A DNA stretch of 64,000 nt from Phoronis australis (taxonomy: Eukaryota; Animalia; Phoronida): NCBI GenBank assembly GCA_002633005.1, contig NMRA01000079.1, positions 257,348 through 321,347 on the forward strand, given 5' to 3'. The translations under genes were made by a program, and so were the position numbers. Shown one piece after another: positions 28,100-40,088 of this stretch; the stretch's first letter is position 1, and each line of letters begins with the position of its first letter. The notes beneath the pieces were generated by a model that was not told the DNA's origin, did no database searches, and was given only the letters and a program-made list of their open reading frames with translations.

Positions 28100-29730
28100 A
28101 ACACTAATCAGTTTAAAAAATTCTGCCACGATTCTGGACAATGTACTTAAAACTTACGTGATCAGTATGCCAAGTTCTCAGGTCTTAAACCAAATATCGA
28201 AAAATCAGTTTCTAGGTCTATGGATTGGTTCCAAGAAACACTGTGAGACAACCGTATGTTCTCAAAGAAAACTAAGATAGGCCAGGGAAACTTTTACTGT
28301 ATTGGGAATTACACATAGCATAGACTTGGAAAACATTTCAAATTTAATTAAATTATGATAAAAAAGGAAGGAATAAATAAAGCATTGCATTTCTGGTCTG
28401 GATGTAGTCTAAAATGCTTGGGAGAATTACAGTGGTATAAACTAGTCCAAAACCAAAATTAACCCACTCCCGTCTCCGTCCAAAGCGTTCATAAAAAATT
28501 TAGACCAAAGGTTTTTAAATTTATTTGGGGAGAAAAAATGATAGAATACCTAGAAAAGTTATGGCCCAGGATTATGACAGTGGAGAATGTAGAATGGCCA
28601 ATTGGCTTCTTACATAAAGGCACTGAAACTTACGTGGGTCCGTAGATTATTAAATGCAACGCTAACTTGTGGATATGTTTGGATTGAAGCATTTTGGGAA
28701 AAATTTAGACTTCTAAGATGTTTTGGAGATGACAACTATAATGAGATCTACCAAATTAAAACAAATTCTGGGTGGAATTTTTTTTCTATTTTGAAAGAAT
28801 TTGTGTCATTGACCCCGGGAACTTTGGCGAACGTAGAGGATCTCATTTATCAACCGATCTGGTTCAACTCCTCCATTAAGATTAGCAAAAAATCAGTATT
28901 TTTAAGTTGTGAAACGATAGAGGAGTAACACTTGTATATGATGTATTGGATAAAGATGAAATTTTTTTAGATTAAGACTTTTTTGTAAAAATATTTTCAT
29001 TTAGACCTATGATAACAATTTTCGATGGGCTTAGGAAAGCAATACTGTCTGGCTGAGTTGGTTATATAAATTCAAATACTAAAGTTGTGCTACATCTACC
29101 ACATTATCCGGAAGTGCTAAACCAGATAATAAAAAGTAAGAAAGTGTGCAGATCAACGTATGATATAATTTTATTTGTAATATGAGGATAAAACGGCTCT
29201 CGCAGGATTTTCAAGATGAGTAGTGAATTAAATATGTGTTGGAAATCAATGCACTTAAATGATTTTAATTTTTTTCTAGACGTCAAATTGAGATGGTTCC
29301 AGTGTCGACTAGTTCACAAAATATTATGTACAAACTATATCTTTCTAAAATAGGCCTCTAGTAGTCTTCTGCTTTTACATTTTGTAATAAAGCCTCAGAA
29401 ACTTTGAGGAACTGATTTTATACATTGTAACAAAACCAGAAACTTCTCAGATAATATGTCTGAATTTTCCTTGAGTGATAGAGATGAAACAACAATGAAT
29501 GCGAATGTTCTTTTTGAAATTAACACATATTCATCAACAAACAAATAATTTTGGTTCCAGCAAAATATCACACATACTGTCAAAGATTGGGGGAGGGGCG
29601 TTTGACCATCTAGTAAATTAATGCTTTTGTGGTTATTTTAAAACAGTATCACCTCACAGAGAAATATATTTTTCAAAAACATAGACAGTTTGATAGATTT
29701 AGAAATTGATGGTTAAAAATTGTTCACATT
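28100..29730 (+). mobile_element. Decayed L1/Tx1-clade non-LTR retrotransposon, 3' part of ORF2 (RT C-terminus and zf-RVT region)
   Basis: Frameshifted fragments FSGLKPNIEKS...WIGS, KALKLTWVRRLL, QPIWFNSSIKI, KLRWFQCRLVHKILCTN are typical of L1/Tx1 ORF2; many stops. Confidence 0.8.
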
Positions 29731-32700
29731 ATTGAAAATTGACCATTGAGTAAGTGCGTGCATGTATATATGGCTTCAATATGATATAAATTGAAACATT
29801 ACTTCTTGATAATAAATGTATTTTAAAAAAATGTATACATAGATTGAAACATTTACAAGAAAATAATCTGAAAAAATATAACAAGTCTACCAAGGAGAGG
29901 AAAAGGGAAGGTAAGATACTTTTGAAAACAAAAATGCGAATCATAGAACCAGAGATTTTCCACTTAAAATTTTAAAAAATAGTGTTTTAAATGGAAGTGA
30001 CCGACATACAAAATATTACTGAAAAACAAAAACAAGGCATTTCCATTATTATGATTAAAAATTTATTCAGTGCTGCCTTAATTGTTTGTGCGTAAGATGC
30101 TAATATATATAATTCAGCACTTCTTGAATGACGGCCATCTATACACACTGACAACATTTAGTAAGAGAGCGTAAAATATTAAAATGTTCTTAATTTGACA
30201 CAGCGTGAAGTCAGCAAGCAATATTGGCCTTGAGCGCCAGCCATTTACGGTTAAGTCTTACCAACATCAGACAACAATATTTACCAAAAGTTTCCGTTTT
30301 TCATTTTTAAGGGCTTCCCACTTTGTGTTGAATGACCATAGTACATAAACCAACCGATAGATGTCACTCACATCAAGCAAAACGGGCATATACAGTAGCC
30401 CACATCCAGATACATTAATTTTGATCAGCAGAACATACTGCAGTCCATTGTGTTGCAAGCCCAGTATGCGTAGTACTGGTTACACGTAGCAACAAGAGAC
30501 TGGCCATCATATAGAAATATGATGCGTGTATGTTTTTCTTGTGAAAATCTGTGGCTAGATATGACCATCGCCAAGGCAACGCTCATGCTGAGCTGCCTAC
30601 AACATGTCACATAAATACCAAACCTAATGAAATAACCACCCACTCTTTTTAACCTAAAATCTGGAACACACAAACAGTCATTTGCCATGATTATTCTTGA
30701 CCTACATAGCACACAATACGACAGATAACTGAAAATATCGCAGCAAAAATATCAAATAAGGATTTTTTTAAGAATTTATTATTTATAAAACAGTACAAAA
30801 ACAAAAAAAAAACAAATGAGTACATCCATTCATTCATGCACCTCAGGAAAGACCATGAGGAAATTTAATCCATTATCAGCAGTTTTGTTTGTTATGTGAC
30901 CCAATTAGTGGGCAATTGGTATAAAGTAAAAAATCAAATTCGACAAACTTTCTACTTTCAGAAAATATATTATGTTTACTGACTGATTGTTCAGTCCCAG
31001 CATAACCATGACTTCACGATATTTGAACAAGCTTCAATCTGTGCATAAGTCTTTTGATATCAGTTAGGTATCAAATTACTATACTAACTGTTTGACTGGT
31101 CTTCTTGTGAAGATGAAAACACCGTTCATAATCAGTTTCCATGGCAGTGAGACTTTAGAACTATGAAACAACCGAGGACAGTAAAAGTCCTTCAGTTTGG
31201 ATCACAACATGGCGGACCAGTGAAACATGATTTGGTAAATTTCTCAAAAAAAAATTTTCAGGATTTTTTTCTTTCACTTTTCCATGATATAGCTGCCACC
31301 AAACAATATTTGGTAACATATTGAGCATCTGAAATGATATATCAGGTGTCAAATAAATAAACAGAACAAGATCACAGACCAAGTGCATCGTATACAGCGT
31401 CGTTGTGAACATTCCCACAAAAGGTACCAATACTGCAAGCTAACTTATAACACAGTGCAGGTGGGGTGGGGGGGGGGGTACAAAGTCAGTATTTGTTCTC
31501 TTCAACAGGAACACACCTGCTACCTTTCATCAAGACTCCTCCCATGCCTTGGAGAATGGAGAGGCAGACAACACAGAACTTACATAGAAACAACTAAAAA
31601 AGTAACTTTTTATGAAACAGGTCCCAGTTAGTGAGTACCAGAGTATACTGTATAGCTACGACTAGGATACCAACATTATGCTAGTTGAGAAGACAAGTAA
31701 AATCTCACCATTGTCAGAAAAAATGACTTCCAAAATTTCACTCAGATTACGTTTTTCAAGGGCTCCTAACAGAATGCCTACAATATTTCCGGAATGTTTT
31801 CTGTTGGTAGTTAATGGTAAAGAACGTGTATACGACTAAGCATCATTCTGGTACTGTGTATCATTTGTGAAAAAAAGAGAAAGCAATATTTCATCTTCCT
31901 TCCATATTTGTGTCCTTCATCGGTGAGATTTTATAGTAAGTAAGTACTGAAAAACAAACGCTCTCAGAAATAGGTTGTCTTGTAATTCAGCCAGCTAAGC
32001 TATCTAGAAGACATTGAGAACCAGTTACCTCACATTTTTCAATTGCAAGCGTAGACATGTAACTGCTTTTCATCCCTTCCACATTATAAATTTAGACAGC
32101 TAAAGTACAATGTTATTCAGAACTGGACAATTAGCAGTCAGTGAAACAGAATGGTGCGTTATATTGTTGACTGAAAAAACGCCAGCAAAAAGTTACACAC
32201 GCATCTAAATATGGGTGCCAGCCATTTTGCACATCACTGTGGTCTTGGCGGCGATGGTAATCACTCTTACTAACTGATCATGTCAAGTGGAGAGTCTGAC
32301 AGCAACATAGCTAATCAGGAAATGACCGACTTCTGCCTCCAGCGCCAAGTTCCGATCAAGCAAATGAATTGAAGATGGATTACATTGGCATTCAGCTGGG
32401 CAAGTGAACGTTGATGTATGCTTAGTAGGGAAGAAACAGTTTTGTTGATCATTAAAGACGATGTCTTGGGAATATGACAATAAATCATGACATTATGCGG
32501 GTTATTTTACATGAGTTTAATGGGAAATGATTCATTTTTGACATTTCATGACAATTAAACCGGGATAGCTATTATATGGAATGACATATTAGGTGGGCTA
32601 CATTGTAAACTATGAACTGCAGCTAAATATGAATTTTGAGTATTAACAAGAAACTTACCACTTGTTTATTAAATAACATACATTACTAAATTATGTACTA

Positions 32701-33291
32701 GTCAAGTTATTTCAGTCTTAAGTTAAATACAGAATTATGGTGTGGATTAAGTCATAATTCACTCGTTTCAGTGCTTTCAAAAGTACGCATGCACTTGTCA
32801 TATTTCCAGCTAACCTTCTGTAGACCAAAGGTCAACCATAGTTTGTGGCATGATATATACCAATACTTTCAATTAAATGATCACACATGACCTGGTTCTG
32901 GGTCAGGCAGCCTGGGATTAAAAATTGGTCATTTGTCGTAGTTAACAGCAGACCAGTTGTCCCACAGAGAAGTAGTGTTAGCGTGAGAAGGGCTGCTTAT
33001 GAATTGTCCTCTAGACCAATACTTTTGTAAGGACTCAGTGGTAGACAATCATCAGAATAATAAAGACTTATCGGTATTACAAAAATAATCGTCAAGACAA
33101 CATAATTTGAAACGTTTTAATCTTTTAGTTTAATTCGTCGCTCCAAATGAGTGACTCGCCGTTCCGTCAAAAAACAGGCAGAATATTCTAAAACGAAAGC
33201 TTGGCATTACGACAGCAAAAAGTTAACATACAGCGCCTGTGTCTTTAGTGCACGTGTGACTTATTATGTTTACACTTAGATTACAACTCAC

Positions 33292-33339
33292 CGGAGTCTT
33301 AAATCGCTTGAATACCTGTCTCAAAAACACTTTAATCAT
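33292..33339 (-). CDS. Candidate first coding exon (MIKVFLRQVFKRFKTP) of an unassembled minus-strand gene
   Basis: ATG, 16 open codons, consensus donor CCG|GTGAGT, next to CpG-richer promoter-like DNA; downstream exons not confidently linked. Confidence 0.3.
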
Positions 33340-33859
33340 GCCTCAGCGCTGGCTATCAGTGATTGACGGGCGCCTGTTGTTACAGCTGGAAGCGGAGTGA
33401 TTCTAAACAACTTGCGGTGCTTCCGGCGAATCGCAGCTGTTGCATGAGTTGGCAAAATATAATTGCAATACAGAATTTCGCTAGAATTTCATAAAATTGA
33501 AGAAAAGTTTAATATCTATACATTTTGTAACATTTTCTACAATTTATACAAATAAAAAACAGTAAATGGTCGTGTTATACTGAAACACCATTTCGCAACT
33601 TTCCTAGTTATAGAGGTAGAAATCCGTGTCTACTTCCTGTTAGCCCACAACATGTATTGACGTTCAATTTTCCTTGCGCTTGCAAATTTCTTCACTTTGC
33701 AGCTAAACATCCGTCAGTTACAGGTACGTAGAGTAAAATCATTGCCTACTCAAATATTCCGGAACACTCATAGAGCATGTTATAGTAGCGGGATTAGGAC
33801 ATGTTAAGCGCCACAATCGTCATATTATGTGTTTAAAAACTTGCCAAATAAATTCTAAC

Positions 33860-34713
33860 CAAGGAGTGTACAGTCAAGTGACCTAATTATCGGACGTTTT
33901 GGCACATTTTGCATTTATATTTAACTGAAAACACTTCGGATTGTTGTAAATTCTTTGCTGAAATAAAGACTTACCTTTATAGAATTGTTGTGTTACTATA
34001 TCTTGTCACCGAAAGCCACATTTATGTTCCGACTGAACTTTAAAAAACACAACAAGCAAACCTTCGGAGAACCTAAATATCGGACACCATGTTTCCCCAT
34101 ACGCCACACAACGGAAAACGGACTAACCACGTAATGGCCGCGGGCACCTTGTCGCCAAATTTCAGCTTGAGTGTTTTGACATATATGCTGCTAGAACACA
34201 GGTCCATTCGCAACAAAATTATCCATAAAATGAAATCTGATGACGGCGCCAAGTCGTTTCGATGAATTAGTGCAGACGACTAAAGCACGTGCAAACTCAC
34301 TGCAGTTTTTAGTATCACTTTGGCTTCTTGATATGACACCCGCACGTGCGCGGTCGGGGTTAGACTTGAGTTTAAAAACAAATGAAAAAATGGAACAGTG
34401 ACACATTGTCAGTTCAATGAGATGGTTTCATTGTGGAAAAAAAAATTATTTTCAACTTTTATAACCGGTTTATGCGATCGTCCATTTTAGGCCGACTTGG
34501 GGGTCTAAATTGCACCCTCTCTCGGTGAAATCAAAACGAGGCAACGCTGTAAAAAAACGAGACGGTGCCGGACGTTGAATGCATTACAACGGAAGAAAAA
34601 TTGGTGTCATTTAATTCTCAGGTTATGCTTCAAGTAAGATTCTATGAAATGTCCGATATTTAGGTTCCGTCCGATAATTAGGTACACTATGTGTAGTAGT
34701 AGTACACTCCTTG
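33860..34713. mobile_element. Non-autonomous DNA transposon, P-element-like, with 7-bp TSD
   Basis: Perfect 12-bp TIR caaggagtgtac / gtacactccttg, TSD ttctaac (33853-33859, 34714-34720), subterminal inverted repeats acctaattatcggacg / cgtccgataattaggt. Confidence 0.8.
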
Positions 34714-36343
34714 TTCTAACACAACTGAAGTCAGTAGTGACTAGTGTAGAGCATCAGCTTTCAGTGCCATAAATGTAGCGTCACCTATTGGCTAGTCTAT
34801 TCTTTAGTCAATTTTTCAATCTAATGTTCTTCCTCGAGGTTGCATATGTTGTGGAATGTGCCAGTTCCGGTGAATCATATAGTCCACAGGCGTCCTCAGC
34901 TTCTGATAATCCCCAATACACTATCGTCGGGATACTTATCGTTGTCAGGCTCCAATGGTCATCCGCCATCTTCTTTCGCGTGCAGCGCAGCCACGTGGGA
35001 CTTAGCGTTCCAATCTGGAGTGCTCGTCTGCACGTTAGCTACTAACCTCTCGGGAGAAACACGCATCGAGGAACTGAGACGAAAATCGGCGCATTTACCG
35101 ACTGTTTTTTTTTAAACCACTTAAAAACTTGTAGATTTTACTAATGCACTTTTCTGTTCATTTTCAGAAGATATTTTCGAAATTAATTTTTCTTCAGACA
35201 GAACAAAAAACAACCCAGTGATTGTTTATACAATGTATCTATTTGTCTCAGGCACTAACCCACATCTGTTAGGCCAAAGGAAAAACGCAGCACACAAATG
35301 CAACACGCTGGGTGCTTAACAGTTTCAGCTCACGCATTGGTCATCAAAATATTGTCCACTTGTTTTTTATTGCAAAACAAAGTACTGAGCTCAACATTTA
35401 TGTTGAAATTTTTGGTTCAGGCATTTTGGATATTTTTGAAGAAAATTAAAAATCTTGAATTGATAGAGAGTGGCCACCAATAAAGTAAAACATTGACTTT
35501 ATTTCACTATATTGCATTGTTACATACAACAAAGCATAGCATAATTAAAAATAAAAGAAGAGTTTGAGCAATCAAATGCGAATGCAACTTGGGTATTTAT
35601 TTATGATTGCAGGAGCCAGTTAAAGGTGAGAAAAAAATCAAACAATATGATGTTGGGTAATTTATTAGAACAACTGTATCGAGGTTCAATGATCAACTTC
35701 CGCCGACCAAGTCTCAAAGGGTTACAGTTCAGTTTTGGCCGACAAGATGTTAACAGAGAATGAGGAAAAACTGAACAGAAAAAGAAAGACAGCAGAGATA
35801 AGTGGTGTTAAGAACAATAAGAGTAAAAAGTCAAATAAAGAGTTCACAAATATAAAATAAGAAAGGTCTATCTGAAATAAAACAACCGCAAGTCATTTTT
35901 CAGTACTGAAATTCTGAACCAATTTTAATCGATTTAAAAATCAATATCATACCAGTAAAACAGTTTGTGGTTGAACTAGAAGTGTTGTAAACCACTTTCC
36001 ACTATTTTCTTTGCCTTTTCTACGTGGTTTTCTGTTCTTTCAAAAGGTGGCAGCATGTGATGACCATAGGGGTCATTATAAAATGGCTGCTGAAAAGCAA
36101 TGCACAGTTGAAACAACTCGCCGTAAATAAAAGAAAACTTTTGAATCAACAAATACTATATATTTGTGAGAGTTAAATCAAATCCTATTCAGACATTGAA
36201 GTGGGATAATTGGGTGAGTACGACAACAAGCCGGTTTTATGTTTAGGCGGATGACCATTGGGTTCCCGAGTATATATTTATATATATTTGTGCATGTGCA
36301 TGCGTGCGTGTGTGCAACTCCCATGTCCCATGCGAAGGTCAAG

Positions 36344-36472
36344 GACGGTATGGAATTATCCAATGAGTTATGGATGAATGGCAATTACCGATTTGTCACA
36401 GAATATCAAGACATCGATAACTCCACACCATTTCGTAACCATCCGTAACTCATTGGATAATTACGTACCGTC
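36344..36472. repeat. Inverted repeat / small MITE-like hairpin
   Basis: gacggtatggaattatccaatgagttatggatg pairs with catccgtaactcattggataattacgtaccgtc. Confidence 0.75.
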
Positions 36473-36869
36473 AGTTGTCACCGTGACATTGTGGTTGTTA
36501 GCGTCTTCTGCAGAGGGTTGTAAATACACGCTTTGTTGAAATTGAACAGTGGGAACAAATTACGGAAGTTTGCACTAACTTTTATCTGGTTTGCATGTTC
36601 AACGACATTGATGGCATTTGTACAGCAGATCATTCCTAGAATTTTGGCGCATATCATTTTTTTTCAACGTGTATGTTCCCCTTTCTCAAATTGGCTGCAC
36701 CGTCGATTACAATTCGAGAGTGCCGCTTCAACTTCCGTGACGGCAACTGGCATTAGAGGTACAGAAAATCCTTTGAACTTCGTGTCTGTATGTACTTCAG
36801 TTTCAAAGATTAATTGTCTATGTACGGGTAGTTAGCTCGACACTCGTCATGCGGAGGATTCTGTATGAG

Positions 36870-36925
36870 GTCACCCTGACGTCACAGAACAGGAAGGTAT
36901 TCCCCCAAAAACATGGCTGCCAGTA
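36870..36925 (+). promoter_or_regulatory. Probable INTS14 housekeeping promoter/TSS region
   Basis: Clustered CRE (tgacgtca), ETS-like (acaggaag) and YY1-like (aaaacatggctgcc) motifs 3 kb upstream of the first coding exon, which is preceded by an acceptor and so needs a 5' UTR exon. Confidence 0.45.
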
Positions 36926-38875
36926 TTTGCCGATCGTCATTTTGATATTTATCGTAAAAATAGACGGCAGTAGTCTTTAAAGTTGTGTTATTTCTGAATA
37001 TTTATCAACTAAAACAATGGATAGTAGGTTTCAATAAAATTCATCAATCATAAATGTTAAAATTTTTTGTTTAGTCGTCGTTTTCGCCGAGGTTGTCTTG
37101 AAACGAGCGGTCTTTTTCTGTCTTGGCCGTGCCGTTCAAAGCTGTTATTTTTTTAAAATGGTCATCCCAGTGATGGCCAGGGTGGCTGCTTGATGAGTCC
37201 CTGCCTGTATATGACTTGCGTCATGTGTTTGGGATGTGCTGGCATTCTGAACTCTTTTTATTATTTTTTGTACTTCTGTATTTAGCCTGTGTGCGTTATT
37301 CTCTGCTTTTAGGAGAACTGTCCTTGTCATTCTAACACTCTTGGTCTACTTAGCAGTGGCTTTATTTTGGGTAAGGGGGGATACGGTTAAATTTTTGCGA
37401 CGTTTTTCGTATTTGGCGATTGATGTTGATTCCCGGGTGGGCCCCACACTTTTTAGGGACTAGGGGAATGTTTTAATCATCAGATCATTCGTCCTTGATG
37501 TTTCTGTGTTGTCTTGTGATTTGTCAGTTTTATGGTTCCCTGGATGTTTCTTTTATTTATGAGGCTGCTAGCAGTCTTTCACCATGTAATCAGGCCATCA
37601 AGGAATGAGCACCTCGGAAGCTTTTCAGCAAATTATGCCTCACACTGTTTAAAATCTCAAAGTCACGTTGTTATAAGTACCTTTTGCACATAGAGGGACA
37701 CCTTAAGAGGCAATAGGTGTCTTCAATTCTTTCCAAGTCTAACAAATACTCCCTTTATCAAACTTCTTCTTCGAGCAGTCCTTCGTTCTGTTCTCAAAAT
37801 CGGTAACTGGCTCTTATTTTTACCACGCCCACTAGGTGACATGAGGTCACATCCCCTGCCATACGCAGAATGATTCCCGTTCGTCCTTCACTCTTCGTGA
37901 ATATTAGTTTCGCAACAAGGTGATGAGCTGACCTACCTGGGCCGTGAGAAAATTGAAGGTCCATAAAAAATTAAAACACAGCAGTTCCTAGGTGTATATT
38001 AATATTAGTCTTTGTGCAGCTAGGCTGGCTGTGGCTTTGGCTTTGGCTGTGGCTGAGCCTGTGTGTGGTTGCTGTGTTGAAAGACTGTTTGACTCAAAGA
38101 GTCGAGAATTGAACAGTTCCTTACATGATTGTCGAGAGTCCAAACCATTTGGCTAAGAAGCAATTTTCACTTGGTAAGTGGCTTGTAGAGACTTTATTGG
38201 ATTGTACATCATGCCTGGAAAGTGATGTATTATACTTTTCTGGTGAAAATCATATTTTGTACTTTTTTCATACGTTTTGGATGTTTCATACTTTTTCATA
38301 ATTTTATTGCTGTCAAAGTCTCTAGTCTCATTATTGGTATTCATTAACATAGCTGATCTACAGAGTCCTGTACTAGTGGTGTTTCTTCAAAAATATCTAT
38401 GGGTCCAGTCAGTCCTGAACAGTGCCAATGTCTGTCACATTATTAACTGTAGGGTGTCACTTATTGGTTAGGCAATGTATTTTTCCCTGATTCTGCTGTC
38501 AACTTTTTGTCTTCTACAAGGTTGTATTCAGTTCAAAAGAAATTACTGGAATTACTTTCACTTTGTTGTATAAAAATTTGATATTGAAGCAAACTGGATT
38601 TCAGAAGGAATTTTGCTTCATCAAAGTTGTCTTCATCTCCCAGGTGTTGAAAACATTTTAGCAAGTGGCGCGTACACGTGTCACGAGCGCAAGGTTTTCA
38701 AGCCGAGGACAACAGAATTCCTTGTTATAAAAGCCATAGTGATGCGAGGAAATACCAACCAATAGGTATCGCCGGAAGAAGACTTCTGAGTGAAAATAAA
38801 CTGAAAACCATAAAGCTCATAAGTCCAAAGTTACATATCAATGAACTGTGTCCTTTTTGGGTGCTTTTTGGATAA

Positions 38876-38975
38876 TGGTTGGATATAACATGCCCGAATT
38901 TTGAGAACCAGTTTTCTCCACTGAATAAGGGGCATCAAAATGATTCTCAAAATATGGGCACATTATATTCGACTA
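38876..38975. mobile_element. ~100-bp foldback MITE, copy 1
   Basis: Hairpin tgcccgaattttgagaacca / tgattctcaaaatatgggca; copy at 49888-49986. Confidence 0.7.
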
Positions 38976-39926
38976 TTGCGCTTTTTGGTCCTTTACTCAT
39001 GCAATTAATTGGTTATAAATTCAACCCTAATTTCTTTGGCCACATGGTAAAAATCATACACTAGCCATATTTTCTTAAGGTCAAGGTGAAAACTTTTTTG
39101 GTCAGGTCACCTGTAATTTGAATATTTTGACAAAAAGTGAAAAGTGACGATTGTTGCGTTGGCAGTGCTAGTGTCTTTTTAGTAAAATTTAACAAGATAC
39201 ATTTACAAGACAATGGCATGAATATCATGACCAAATTTTGTTTGATGTAAAATTTCAAGATGCAATCCCAAAAATGTTGTTCTAATATTCTAAGTTATCA
39301 TTTTGTTTTTGTTTAATTCAACTTTTGATTTATTTATGAAAGCTTAGAAATCCTACATTTCGTAGTCTTTCTTGTAAAAGTAGATCATTTTAAAAATTCT
39401 TCCTAATAACATTCTCGGGAACAGTGCATAAAGTTTTGTGTAAATCCGATCAGCTGTTTCCAAGATATGATATCATTTCAAATTTGGACATTTTTTCTAG
39501 GCTCCCTGATAACTTTGATTTCTGTTTCCTATTGTCATTTATGGGAATGCACAGAAACATCAAGAATAACATGATATCAGTGAAGGCTTTTAAACTGTAG
39601 TAATTTGAGTTGATTTACGGACTTATATGTCTTGAAGTTAAACTAAACATGGCTCAATTGACTTCCAACATAAAGTGCCCCTTGGTTTTGAAGTTGAAAT
39701 TACCTAGTTTCGGTGAAGTATTGTTTGCCTTCTTTAATCTTTGAAAGTCGTTCATCATTGTATGCTTTTGTGTTATATACGTATTGGCTTAGACCAAGGT
39801 TGGTCTGAGGTATAATTGGATGGAATTATTTTAGGTGAAATTGGTATAATTTTGTTCTTTGTTATTGTAGCAAACTATTTTGCAAGTAAATAAAAATCTT
39901 AGCTCATGTATTTGTAGGTGCCCAAA

Positions 39927-40088
39927 ATGCCGACCGTGATTTTGTTGGACGTTTCGTTATCCATGGCCAAGCCTGTCGCCATGACTGACTGCAGTGAAGA
40001 GTATCAGAAGCGCCACCTAGCAGTGCATGGAATCAACTCCTTTCTTGACCGGCTGAACGAATTGAACAAACTAGAGTTTGTTGCTCTG
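39927..40088 (+). CDS. INTS14: INTS14 coding exon 1
   Basis: Acceptor tttgtag ends 39917; MPTVILLDVSLSM...LEFVAL; donor GTATAC, phase 0. Confidence 0.92.
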
